From Chlamydiota bacterium (GTDB taxonomy: Bacteria > Auribacterota > JACPWU01), in the NCBI GenBank assembly GCA_016196885.1, contig JACPWU010000049.1, positions 1 through 31,185 on the forward strand: a DNA stretch of 31,185 nt. Reading direction: 5' to 3'. A model generated the notes under the pieces. It searched no databases. It worked only from the letters and a program-made list of their open reading frames with translations, and was not told the DNA's origin. This document shows, piece by piece, positions 15,579 to 24,329 of this stretch. The position numbers and the translations under genes were made by a program. Every line of letters begins with the position of its first letter. Position 1 is the first letter of the stretch.

Positions 15579-16522
15579 GATTTCGTTTCTCCATTTTGCT
15601 GAAGGGCTGTCATTAATTGACGAACGTTATAGTCTATCATGGAGATAGTGTCTTTTGCCTCTGGTAGTTCTCCGACATTTTGGCAGAGAATGATGACCTT
15701 GGCCCCTGTCGCTTTCGCGACTGCGTCCGCCGCATTGCTCGGGTAGTAATCGGAATGAATGATGCCCTTAATCCCTTTTTCTTTAATGCGGTTTTCAACC
15801 AACTCCACTTGCTTAGGTGTAGGAGGAATCCCGGGTTTAGGTTCCAAAAAAAGTTCGATTTTAAATCCCAAAAAACTCATGAGATAAACCCATGCATTAT
15901 GATAGGCAATGAATTCTTGTCCTTCATAGGGTTTTACTTGGGTCTTCCATTCAGAAATTTTGGGATTCAAACGATTCGAAAAGATCTCCAGATTCTGATG
16001 AAAGATGTTTTCATGCTGGGGATCTAGTGCACATAATTTATTACAAATGGTCTCAGCCATTTTTTTTGTGTTTTCTGGATGAATCCAATAATGTGGATTT
16101 CCATAAAGGTGAATATCACCAGCTGCCCTGGTGAGGGATGTGGTCGGAACCTCTAAAAGCTCAATCCCTTTTGAGAGATCCAACTCCTTGGATCCTCCTG
16201 GACACACCTCCGCATTGCCCGTTGCATCCACCAAGGGCCAACGCCAAGCCTCCAGGTCTAACCCTGCATGAACAAAAAGATCTGCGCGTTTTACCTTCAC
16301 CACATCACTTGGTTTTGCCTCAATGAAATGAGGGTTGAATCGAGGGGAGGCAATGTAGGATACATCGACGTATTCACCCCCAATTTGCTTCACCAAATCT
16401 GCAAAGGTAGACATTGTTGTGACTATTTTTAATTTTTCTTAAGCCCAGCTTATTGGCAAAGATCCCATGACACAATATACGACCAACAGTATCCATGTTT
16501 TTATAGTCCCCGCGGGACTCAC
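15575..16522 (-). pseudogene. ZnuA/TroA-family metal-binding lipoprotein/SBP interrupted by an in-frame TAA between signal peptide and mature domain
   Basis: The mature part (EKLKIVTTMSTFADLVKQIGG..., DIHLYGNPHYW) is intact. In the same frame upstream lies a signal-peptide-like segment (GTG 16522; SPAGTIKTWILLVVYCVMGSLPISWA), separated from it only by the TAA at 16439-16441. Confidence 0.7.
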
Positions 16523-16541
16523 CCCTCACAACTCACGACTG
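16494..16541. repeat. Composite repeat: TAGTCCCCGCGGGAC hairpin plus a CTCACNA 7-nt unit array
   Basis: CATGTTTTTATAGTCCCCGCGGGACTCACCCCTCACAACTCACGACT. Related to 19153-19200 and, in reverse complement, to 31031-31055. Confidence 0.7.
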
Positions 16542-16544
16542 CTT

Positions 16545-17873
16545 TTATTGAAGCTGATGTTTATGAACACCCACGGCTACAGTTCCCTGTAAAAAGATGC
16601 GGTTGTCATCGCTTCCATCTGCGAATTCAACATGTTGATATTGAAGTCTCCAGCGAGCAAATTCACTCTGATGAAATGTCAAATAAGCACTTCCTACGAT
16701 ATCGGCTTCATCGGGAGAATCTAAGGCAATGTCCGTTGGAATCACATAATCAAAACGGCCACCCAAGCTCCATCTTTGACTCAAGCGATAGTCTACAAGT
16801 GTGTAAAAGCCCCAGGGATTTTCTTCAAAAGATTCGGGGAGAAGTGCCTCGCCTTCTTCCCCCAGAGTTTCTTCAGCAGATGCTTTCTCGCTGCTGGCAA
16901 AGGCCTCATCTCTATTCTGAAAATAGAATTCACTTAGAACCTTCAGCCGATGAAGCGCATCCATATAATGAATCAAGGTTACATCGATCCCAAAGGCATG
17001 AACTTCATATTCAGAATCCTCATCGCTAGATCCTAGAAGATAAGTTCCACCCACTTCAAGGTTGGTGACATCTGATATATCCACAAAGTTCTTCAAATGA
17101 CTGTAAAAAGAGGGTCTGCGGCGAGTTTCACCAAAAAGAGTGCCGTCCTCTCCAATACCACCCTCCATGATTCCAACCGTTAAGTCATGCGTCACCACAT
17201 CCCACGGAAAGGGAATAAACCAAGAAAGCTCCAATCCTGTTCGGAAAAGGCCTTCGACACCAAAATAATTCTGAACGACCCAAGGTTCATCAATCGTCTC
17301 CAATGCATCACGGTGTAGGGCGCTGGCCTTACCCACTTTGGGTCTCATTCTTCCGACTCTTCCCTTCAATTCAAAGGGCAATCCCCAATAGGTGACATAG
17401 GCTTCTTCTATTGTTGGATCTTCAAAGTCAGAAAGCGTCAGTGTTGAATCAAAGCGTGCATAGGGATCAATGTCATGTGCAAAGACCAGTTCAAGCTCCC
17501 GCACACTGATTTTGTTATTGCCCTCGGCATCCTCTTTACTTTCGGAGATAGCTACAAGGACATCTGCCACAACACCGATTTCAGGATTAAAGGCTTGAAG
17601 GCCCTGTTTAAAGCTTCCTGTCCAGACGGAGGCTGGGGTTGATGGGGAAGGGGGAATGACTTCTGGCATGGGTTGTTGATTATTTTTTTCTAAAGCCTGA
17701 ATTTTTTCTTGCTGACTCTCAACTTTTTCGTTCAAGGCCTGAATTTGTTGAGACAAGTTTTTCATTTCCTCTCGCAAGGTTTTTAGTTCTTCAGCGGACG
17801 ATTCTTCCCCACAAGCTTCCTGAAAATTGCAAAGGGAAAAAATCAGAATGATGAGGTAAATTAATTTTTTCAT
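16545..17873 (-). CDS. Outer-membrane beta-barrel protein with signal peptide and N-terminal coiled coil (putative metal-uptake porin)
   Basis: Signal peptide MKKLIYLIILIFSLCNF, a heptad-like region (LKTLREEMKNLSQQIQALNEKVESQQEKIQALEK), then alternating beta-strand-like sequence rich in aromatic and Gly residues. It ends in a His-containing tail, GVHKHQLQ. Confidence 0.6.
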   Translation of the reverse strand: MKKLIYLIILIFSLCNFQEACGEESSAEELKTLREEMKNLSQQIQALNEKVESQQEKIQALEKNNQQPMPEVIPPSPSTPASVWTGSFKQGLQAFNPEIGVVADVLVAISESKEDAEGNNKISVRELELVFAHDIDPYARFDSTLTLSDFEDPTIEEAYVTYWGLPFELKGRVGRMRPKVGKASALHRDALETIDEPWVVQNYFGVEGLFRTGLELSWFIPFPWDVVTHDLTVGIMEGGIGEDGTLFGETRRRPSFYSHLKNFVDISDVTNLEVGGTYLLGSSDEDSEYEVHAFGIDVTLIHYMDALHRLKVLSEFYFQNRDEAFASSEKASAEETLGEEGEALLPESFEENPWGFYTLVDYRLSQRWSLGGRFDYVIPTDIALDSPDEADIVGSAYLTFHQSEFARWRLQYQHVEFADGSDDNRIFLQGTVAVGVHKHQLQ

Positions 17874-17907
17874 AAATTCCCCGTATCGTTTTTGAAATAA
17901 ATAAAAT

Positions 17908-18228
17908 TTATTTACAAAAAGAGAGGAGCGAGGGAGGTGCTCTGGAGAAAGGGGTGATCAGAAGGGGATTGTTGATTCGATGAATTTTTGTAGGTGAAAG
18001 ATAGGGTGTTATAACCCATTCCAGCGGAAAAATAGAAACTGTTTTAACATCCGCTGCAGAATGACCTTGCTGGATTCTGCATATGGAGCAATTGTGCTTG
18101 TGGTTGCTCAAGGAGGATTCTTCGTGTGTATGGGGAATCAGAACAGCAAAAGAAAAAAGGAGAACGCTGATGAGCACAAGAAAGGAAAGAATGTAATTAG
18201 AGTTCTTAATTCTCATGACAAAAAACAT
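17908..18228 (-). CDS. Small membrane-anchored His/Cys-rich protein (DUF2946-like)
   Basis: One N-terminal TM helix, then HTHEESSLSNHKHNCSIC, and SRAPP near the C-terminus. This resembles small proteins found beside metal-uptake outer-membrane genes. Family assignment is from memory only. Confidence 0.45.
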   Translation of the reverse strand: MFFVMRIKNSNYILSFLVLISVLLFSFAVLIPHTHEESSLSNHKHNCSICRIQQGHSAADVKTVSIFPLEWVITPYLSPTKIHRINNPLLITPFSRAPPSLLSFCK

Positions 18229-18290
18229 CCTACTCTTGGTAGATGAATTATCAAGTTTTTTGGCTTATGAAAAGAAACAAAAAGTATTAT

Positions 18291-18421
18291 AGGCATATGC
18301 ACTTGGCTTAAATGTCGTCCATTTGTAGTCGCCCGATTTATCGGGCCACGCATGGATTGCCCGATAAATCGGGCGACTACGCTTGACGGATCAAGAATAC
18401 TTGAGTCCAGTGTATATGCCT
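18291..18421. repeat. About 130-bp MITE/REP-like palindromic element, GTAGTCGCCC core family (copy b)
   Basis: Core GTAGTCGCCCGATTTATCGGGC (18325-18346) and its exact complement GCCCGATAAATCGGGCGACTAC (18359-18380). Outer imperfect inverted repeats are AGGCATATGCACTTGG... (18291-) and ...CCAGTGTATATGCCT (-18421). Confidence 0.8.
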
Positions 18422-18427
18422 GAAGCA

Positions 18428-19096
18428 TTATTTCAATTCTTCTGGATGGTGTTTCACCACCTTAGCTCCAACCATATAAATTACATCTTCCGCAATATTG
18501 GTCGCATGGTCGCAGATGCGTTCTAAATGGCGAGCGATGAGGAGAAGGGGGACGGCTCGGGGGACTGTGGTCATGTCTTTGCTCATGTAGTCATTGATCA
18601 ATTCTTCTTGAACACGGTTGCGCAGTTCGTCTGCTTGGGCATCAGAGAAAATAACTTTTTTAGCCAGGGCGATGTCTCGATGAACAAAGGCCTCGATGGA
18701 TTGTCTGACCATTTCTTGGGCGATTTTTGAAAGTTTAGGAATATCAATCAGGGGTTTTAGGAGAGGTTTGTCTGCCAGTTGCAAAACACGCTGAGCAATG
18801 TCCACGGATAAATCTGCAATGCGTTCCAGTTCTCCATTTAATTTCATGGCGGTGGTGATAAATCTTAAATCAATGGCCATGGGTTGATGAAGGGCCAATA
18901 AATCTACACATTTTTCTTCGATGCGCAATTCCCACTCGTCCACTTTACGGTCGTCAGCAATGATTTTAAGCGCGAGATTTTTGTTTTTTTTCTCCAAGGC
19001 CTGAATCGAATCAACAATGGCTTCTTCAGCCATGATGCCCATTTTTAAAACGTCTTGTTGTAGCTCTTTCAATTCATCATCAAAATGACGGTCCAT
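18428..19096 (-). CDS. phoU: Phosphate signalling regulator PhoU
   Basis: 222 aa with the two-repeat PhoU architecture (ERIADLSVDIA / ERICDHATNIAEDV). Confidence 0.9.
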   Translation of the reverse strand: MDRHFDDELKELQQDVLKMGIMAEEAIVDSIQALEKKNKNLALKIIADDRKVDEWELRIEEKCVDLLALHQPMAIDLRFITTAMKLNGELERIADLSVDIAQRVLQLADKPLLKPLIDIPKLSKIAQEMVRQSIEAFVHRDIALAKKVIFSDAQADELRNRVQEELINDYMSKDMTTVPRAVPLLLIARHLERICDHATNIAEDVIYMVGAKVVKHHPEELK

Positions 19097-19114
19097 CGTA
19101 TTCCTCCTGTGGAT

Positions 19115-19200
19115 AGTCGTGAGTCGTGAGTTTTTAAAGGTGTTTATTTTTTACTCACGACTCACCCCTCACGACAAGATTGTCATAGTCCCCGAGGGAC
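19115..19200. repeat. Intra-operon hairpin of 7-nt units (GTCGTGA/CTCACGA) plus a TAGTCCCCGAGGGAC hairpin
   Basis: GTGAGTCGTGAGT (19119-19131) pairs with ACTCACGACTCAC (19153-19165). The array continues as CCCTCACGAC, followed by ATAGTCCCCGAGGGAC (19185-19200). Confidence 0.75.
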
Positions 19201-19212
19201 GCACGACTGTTT

Positions 19213-19968
19213 TTATCCAAATCTTCCCGTAATATAATCTTCCGTTCTTTTGTCGTGTGGATTGGTAAAGATGTCTTGGGTTTTTCCCATCTCAATTAAT
19301 TCTCCCAAGAGAAAGAAACCGCTTTGGTCTGAGACGCGAGCGGCTTGTTGCATGTTGTGCGTGACAATAATGATGGTAAAATCTTTCTTGATCTCGAGCA
19401 TTAATTCTTCAATTTTTGCGGTTGAAATGGGGTCGAGCGCTGAGCAAGGTTCATCAAATAAAATGACTTGGGGTTGTACCGCCAAGGTTCTTGCGATGCA
19501 GAGCCTTTGTTGCTGGCCTCCAGAAAGAGAGAGGGCGTGATCGTTGAGCCTATCTTTGACCTCATCCCAAATAGCTGCTTTTTTAAGACTCTGTTCTGTA
19601 ATGTGTTCTAAAATATTTCTATCTTTCATCCCACGAATTTTAAGACCAAAGGTAATGTTCTCACGTATGCTTTTGGGAAAGGGGTTGGGCTTTTGAAAAA
19701 CCATTCCGATTTTATCACGAATATCAATGACGTCCCATTTCCCAGAATAGAGATCTGTGCCTTGGTAAAGAATATCTCCTTCTAAATGAAAACTCTTCAC
19801 CAAATCATTCATTCGGTTGAGACATCGGATAAAGGTGCTTTTCCCGCATCCAGAAGGCCCAATGAGGGCGGTGATGGTTTTTTCAGAAATATCTAAGTTA
19901 ATATTTTTCAACGCTTGCTTGGATCCATAAAAGGCGTTTAAATTTTTAATCTGAAATTCGTCGCTCAT
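19213..19968 (-). CDS. pstB: Phosphate ABC transporter ATP-binding protein PstB
   Basis: Walker [10 protein letters not shown], signature LSGGQQQRL, Walker B ILFDEP. The ATG at 19968 preceded by AGGTGG is preferred over the GTG at 19977. Confidence 0.9.
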   Translation of the reverse strand: MSDEFQIKNLNAFYGSKQALKNINLDISEKTITALIGPSGCGKSTFIRCLNRMNDLVKSFHLEGDILYQGTDLYSGKWDVIDIRDKIGMVFQKPNPFPKSIRENITFGLKIRGMKDRNILEHITEQSLKKAAIWDEVKDRLNDHALSLSGGQQQRLCIARTLAVQPQVILFDEPCSALDPISTAKIEELMLEIKKDFTIIIVTHNMQQAARVSDQSGFFLLGELIEMGKTQDIFTNPHDKRTEDYITGRFG

Positions 19969-19970
19969 TT

Positions 19971-20885
19971 TTACCACCTGATTTTTTTCTGATAACGTGT
20001 CCTTAAGAAAATCGCCACGGCATTCATCAAAAATGCGATTCCCAGCAAAATGATAATTCCCGCGGCCGCATCTTCAAAAAAACCTTTTTGGGGGCGAGAA
20101 ACCCAATTAAAAATTTGAATGGGTAAAACCGTAAAAGGATCGAAAAGCCCGTTCAGATGAAGAAAGGGAAATTGGCTTTGAAGAGGTGGAGCTGGTAGAA
20201 AGGCAATGTAAGTCAAAGCCCCGATCATGATCAGAGGAGCGGTTTCTCCAATGGCTCTGGACATGGCTAAAATGGTTCCCGTCATGATGCCAGGAAGGGC
20301 TGAGGGTAGAACCTGATGTCTGACGGTTTGCCATTTCGTGGCTCCGATGGCGTAGGCCGCCTCTCGAATCGAAAACGGAACTGCTCTTAAAGCTTCTCGG
20401 GTGGAGAGAATAATCATGGGGAGAATCAGGAGTGCCAAGGTGGCTCCCCCTGAAATGACACTTCTTCCCATGTGCATGAAGCGTACAAAAAGTCCTAGTC
20501 CTAAAAGTCCATAAATAATAGAAGGGACCCCTGCCAAATTGGCAATGTTTATTTCAATCAGGTTGGTGATTCGATTCTGAGGAGCGTACTCCTCTAGGTA
20601 AATCCCCGCCATGACACCCAAGGGGAAAGCAATCACGCTGGTTAAAGTCATAATCCAGAGTGTTCCGACCCAGGCAGAGAGAATGCCAGCTTCTTGTGGT
20701 TTGCGAGACGGAAAATGGGTGAGAAAATCCAGATTGAGGCGGCCCCATCCATCTTGAACAATGTCCAAAATCAGGGTCAGTAAAATGCCCAGGGCCAAAA
20801 GAGTCACTGAAAATCCCAAGATGAGAAACAGTTTATCGAGGGACTTGTTAAGTTTTTTTCTGTTCACACGTTGTTTCTCATTCAT
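19971..20885 (-). CDS. pstA: Phosphate ABC transporter permease PstA
   Basis: Multi-TM permease with an EAA-type loop ([15 protein letters not shown]), located between pstC and pstB. Confidence 0.85.
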   Translation of the reverse strand: MNEKQRVNRKKLNKSLDKLFLILGFSVTLLALGILLTLILDIVQDGWGRLNLDFLTHFPSRKPQEAGILSAWVGTLWIMTLTSVIAFPLGVMAGIYLEEYAPQNRITNLIEINIANLAGVPSIIYGLLGLGLFVRFMHMGRSVISGGATLALLILPMIILSTREALRAVPFSIREAAYAIGATKWQTVRHQVLPSALPGIMTGTILAMSRAIGETAPLIMIGALTYIAFLPAPPLQSQFPFLHLNGLFDPFTVLPIQIFNWVSRPQKGFFEDAAAGIIILLGIAFLMNAVAIFLRTRYQKKIRW

Positions 20886-21774
20886 ACGCTTCTCTAAATT
20901 TTTTCTTAAGTTTATAACTTAAAATATTAAGAAGAAAGGTGACACCAAAAAGGCTCATGCCTGTTGCAAAAATGGTTTGATATTCGATTGTTCCTGCGGG
21001 GGTATCGCCTAGACTGACTTGCACAATATAAGCGGTGACAGTTTCAATGGGGACCAGAGGATTTAAAGTGAGTCTGGGTTGTTGTCCCGCTGCTACAGCG
21101 ACAATCATGGTTTCTCCAATGGCGCGTGAAATCCCTAGGATCAGTGATGCTGTAATTCCTGAAAGAGCAGCAGGAAGGACAACACGCAATGCAACTTGCA
21201 GCCGTGTGGCTCCCAGGGCGTAAGCCCCCTCTCGAAGAGACATGGGAACGGCATGCATGGCGTCTTCACTGAGAGAAGAAATAATAGGAATAATCATGAT
21301 TCCCATGACAATTCCAGGACTCAAGGCATTAAACCCTGCTAAATCGGGAATTAACTTTTGTAAAAGAGGTGTGACAAAAAGCAATGCAAAATATCCGTAT
21401 ACAACGGTGGGGACCGCAGCCAGAATTTCTAAAATAGGTTTTACATAGGTTCTCATTCGGTTGGATGCATATTCGCTTAAGAAGACAGCACAGATGAGAC
21501 CAATGGGTATGGCAACAACCATCGCAATCAACGTGGTCAGAAATGTTCCTGCGAAAAGGGAGAGAATGCCAAAGTGTTTATCGACAAACATTGGCGTCCA
21601 CTGTCGATCGGTGAGAAAGTCGAAAATGGAAACCTTTTTAAAAAATTCATACGTTTCGAAAATAAGGATAGAAATAATGCCAAGGGTTGTGAAAATGGAC
21701 AAGAGGGCACTTAAAAAAAGTGCCCCCTCAACGCATTTTTCTCTAACAAGACTGCGAGATCTGAGCAAGATCAA
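20878..21774 (-). CDS. pstC: Phosphate ABC transporter permease PstC
   Basis: Multi-TM permease with an EAA-type loop ([13 protein letters not shown]). The TTG start overlaps the pstS stop codon. Confidence 0.85.
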   Translation of the reverse strand: MILLRSRSLVREKCVEGALFLSALLSIFTTLGIISILIFETYEFFKKVSIFDFLTDRQWTPMFVDKHFGILSLFAGTFLTTLIAMVVAIPIGLICAVFLSEYASNRMRTYVKPILEILAAVPTVVYGYFALLFVTPLLQKLIPDLAGFNALSPGIVMGIMIIPIISSLSEDAMHAVPMSLREGAYALGATRLQVALRVVLPAALSGITASLILGISRAIGETMIVAVAAGQQPRLTLNPLVPIETVTAYIVQVSLGDTPAGTIEYQTIFATGMSLFGVTFLLNILSYKLKKKFREAYE

Positions 21775-22760
21775 GCTTCCTTCTTCAAGAGATCTTCAAT
21801 CTTGACGCCCGTTTGAACCCCGTGAAAAAGAGAACCTGTTTTTCTGGCTTCAAATCTTTTCCAGGCCAAAGGATAGGCTTGATCAGGCAGTGCAATGTAG
21901 CCCACTTCTTTGGACAAAGCTGCTCCCTGGGTCATGTAAAATTCAATGAATTTTACGACCTCAGGTTTTTCAGCAGATTTCTTGCTGACATAAATGAAAA
22001 GAGGTCTGGCTAAAGGTTGATAAATGCCGTCCAACACATTTTGATAGGTTGGAAGTTGTGGCCCTTTTCCATTCACATCATTTTCATCATCGATGGAGAC
22101 CAGTTTGAGTCGATCTTTGTTCTGCTCATAATAGGCAACGCCAAAAAAACCAAGTGCCAGAGGATCTGAGGCAATGCCCTGAACCAAGACATTATCGTCT
22201 TCACTGGCTGTGTAGTCCCCACGACTGGCCTTCTTCTGTTGTACCACAGCTTCGGTGAAATATTCATAAGTCCCCGAATCTGTGCCCGCGCCAAACAAAC
22301 GAATTTCCTTGTCAGGCCACTCGGGGCGAATCTGATTCCAACGGGTTATTTTCCCTTGGGCTGCAGGCTCCCATAGTTTCTTAAGTTCAGAGACAGTCAT
22401 GGAGGTCACCCAATCATTTTTAGGATTGACCACGACCGCCAGGCCGTCATAAGCAACAGGAAGTTCGATAAATTCAATCCCATTCTTAGAAGCAAGTTCT
22501 ACTTCTGTGGGCTCAATGGGGCGAGAGGCATCGCTGATGTCTGTTTCACCTAGGCAAAATCTCTTGAAGCCTCCACCTGTTCCAGAAATACCCACCGTTA
22601 CTTTCACTTCAGCATCCGATTTTTGAAATTCTTCAGCCACCGCTTCAGTGATCGGATACACAGTAGATGAACCATCAATCTCAATCATCTTTTGAGCATA
22701 GGTCAAAGAGGCGCTTGAAAAAATTGCCAAACCCAACAAACCTAAGATTAACTTTTTCAT
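21771..22760 (-). CDS. pstS: Phosphate-binding protein PstS
   Basis: Signal peptide [22 protein letters not shown], then GSSTVYPI and GISGTGGGF. The ATG at 22760 with AAGGAG upstream is preferred over the upstream ATG at 22805. Confidence 0.9.
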   Translation of the reverse strand: MKKLILGLLGLAIFSSASLTYAQKMIEIDGSSTVYPITEAVAEEFQKSDAEVKVTVGISGTGGGFKRFCLGETDISDASRPIEPTEVELASKNGIEFIELPVAYDGLAVVVNPKNDWVTSMTVSELKKLWEPAAQGKITRWNQIRPEWPDKEIRLFGAGTDSGTYEYFTEAVVQQKKASRGDYTASEDDNVLVQGIASDPLALGFFGVAYYEQNKDRLKLVSIDDENDVNGKGPQLPTYQNVLDGIYQPLARPLFIYVSKKSAEKPEVVKFIEFYMTQGAALSKEVGYIALPDQAYPLAWKRFEARKTGSLFHGVQTGVKIEDLLKKEA

Positions 22761-22858
22761 ATTTTTTCTCCTTCTTTTTTTCTTTGACTCCCTGACCCAT
22801 CGCACTGTGAGGAGGGGGTGGCATCCAACAGAATGCGATGGGCCCCAGTGGAGTCTTG

Positions 22859-23542
22859 CTAAAATTTAAATTTCAACTTTGTTCCGATTACATGAAAATC
22901 AATCCACTCATCGCCTTTCTCACTGGTTTGCCATAAATAATAGAGTTCCCCTTCGAGATGCTCGATGATTTTCATGCCCACGCCCACTTGAAGACGGTTC
23001 CTGTTAAAACCCGCATCTTCTTGGAAGAAAACTTCGTCTGCAATAAAAGGGTTGATTCCCAAGTGAGTCCATTTCCACGGGCTTTTCAAGGTCAGCTTAT
23101 TGCGATAGCGAATGGCGTCATCCTTCACTTCGAACTCGCGGAATTCAAGGCGATTTCGATCACTGATGTCCCATCCTTCCCATTTATGCTTCAAGGTCGC
23201 ATTGAGCATGGGGCGGTATTCTGTGAACCAATCATCATCCTCTTCCTTGGTGCTCGTGAAAAGTTCCCACACCTGGCGATAAGCTGGGGCGAGCTCCAAC
23301 CAATCAGTGATTTTATAAGCAATTTCCAGCTGGGTGTGTTGATAGTAAAATTCACTTACATTATCCCCAAATCGGAATTCTGCTTCCGCGTAGGCTTTCC
23401 ACTGATCGGTCATCTTTCCTTCAATTGCTTCGGTATTCCAGTATTGAAAATCCCCATCCCCATTTAATGTTGCCAGGAGAGGGGAAGTGCAACACATTAT
23501 TCCCAATCCCAATAACCACGCTTTTAAACTTCCTCGTTTCAT
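22859..23542 (-). CDS. DUF2490-type outer-membrane protein within the Pho cluster
   Basis: Signal peptide, alternating beta-strand pattern and a C-terminal ...KLKFKF. Overall resemblance to the DUF2490 family is from memory. Confidence 0.6.
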   Translation of the reverse strand: MKRGSLKAWLLGLGIMCCTSPLLATLNGDGDFQYWNTEAIEGKMTDQWKAYAEAEFRFGDNVSEFYYQHTQLEIAYKITDWLELAPAYRQVWELFTSTKEEDDDWFTEYRPMLNATLKHKWEGWDISDRNRLEFREFEVKDDAIRYRNKLTLKSPWKWTHLGINPFIADEVFFQEDAGFNRNRLQVGVGMKIIEHLEGELYYLWQTSEKGDEWIDFHVIGTKLKFKF

Positions 23543-24297
23543 TTCATACTCCTTTCGTTGTTTTTAGTAATTGAGACAGCTTCGAAGGCTGTCTTTAGTT
23601 TTGACTCTACCTCTTCAAACTTGTAACCCAAACCCTTTACTGTTTTGATGATTTTGGGATGATCAGGATCTTCTTCGATCTTCTTTCTCAAGTTTCGGAT
23701 ATGAACGGAGATGTTGCTGTATTCGACAATTCTGTCTTCTCCCCAGACTTGATCCATCAATTGTTCATGCGTAATCAAAATGCCTGGATGAGATGAAAGA
23801 ATAGTCAAAATTTCTCGTTCTGTTTCGCTCATGGAAACAGAACGATTTTTTCGAGTCACACTGAAACTTTCTAAATCGATTGATAAATCTCCCATCACAT
23901 ATTTTCTTTGTGCGGGAATTTTTTCTTCAGAGCGTGACAGAACTCTTTTAACGCGTGCGACCAGCTCTCGAGGGCTGAAAGGTTTTTTGACATAATCATC
24001 GGCTCCCATGTCAAAACCCTTGATAATGTCTTCTGTCTCGGCCAAGGCGGTAAGGAGAATGACGGGCATGTCTTTGGTAGATGCTTCTTCTCGGAGGAGC
24101 TTACAGACCTTCCATCCATCAAGTTCAGGAAGTTTCAGGTCCAAGATGATAAGATCGGGCTTCTGGCTCTTGGAGATTTCAAGCGCCTTTTGGCCGTCTT
24201 GGGCTTGCAGCACTTCAAAACCTGCCATTTTCATGTGGAGGGTTACGAGCCCCAACAGCTCTTTTTCGTCATCCACAACCAAAATCGTCTTTCCCAC
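23539..24297 (-). CDS. OmpR/PhoB-family response regulator (GTG start), with no cognate kinase in the window
   Basis: Receiver domain (ILVVDDE, DLIILDLKLPELDG, KPF) and winged-helix output domain (LTILSSHPG..., IKTVKGLGYKF). It carries a roughly 25-aa C-terminal extension. Confidence 0.85.
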   Translation of the reverse strand: MGKTILVVDDEKELLGLVTLHMKMAGFEVLQAQDGQKALEISKSQKPDLIILDLKLPELDGWKVCKLLREEASTKDMPVILLTALAETEDIIKGFDMGADDYVKKPFSPRELVARVKRVLSRSEEKIPAQRKYVMGDLSIDLESFSVTRKNRSVSMSETEREILTILSSHPGILITHEQLMDQVWGEDRIVEYSNISVHIRNLRKKIEEDPDHPKIIKTVKGLGYKFEEVESKLKTAFEAVSITKNNERSMK

Positions 24298-24329
24298 AGT
24301 CAGAGTCCTTTCCTCGATTCTTGACTCTA

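Noticed and set aside
15168-15594. ORFs 15168-15506 (+) and 15217-15594 (-) overlapping the permease remnant
   Set aside because: These are alternative frames of the ZnuB-like gene, with no family resemblance and Arg/Ser/Cys-rich composition typical of off-frame translation.
19250-22294. Numerous 60-115-aa ORFs in antisense or alternative frames of pstB, pstA, pstC and pstS
   Set aside because: All are embedded within strongly supported transporter genes and show no independent signals.
22796-22842. Inverted repeat CCCATCGCA…TGCGATGGG between the DUF2490 gene and pstS, considered as a terminator or Pho operator
   Set aside because: It has a 9-bp stem but a 29-nt loop, no T-tract and no Pho-box-like hexamers. 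It is too weak to call.
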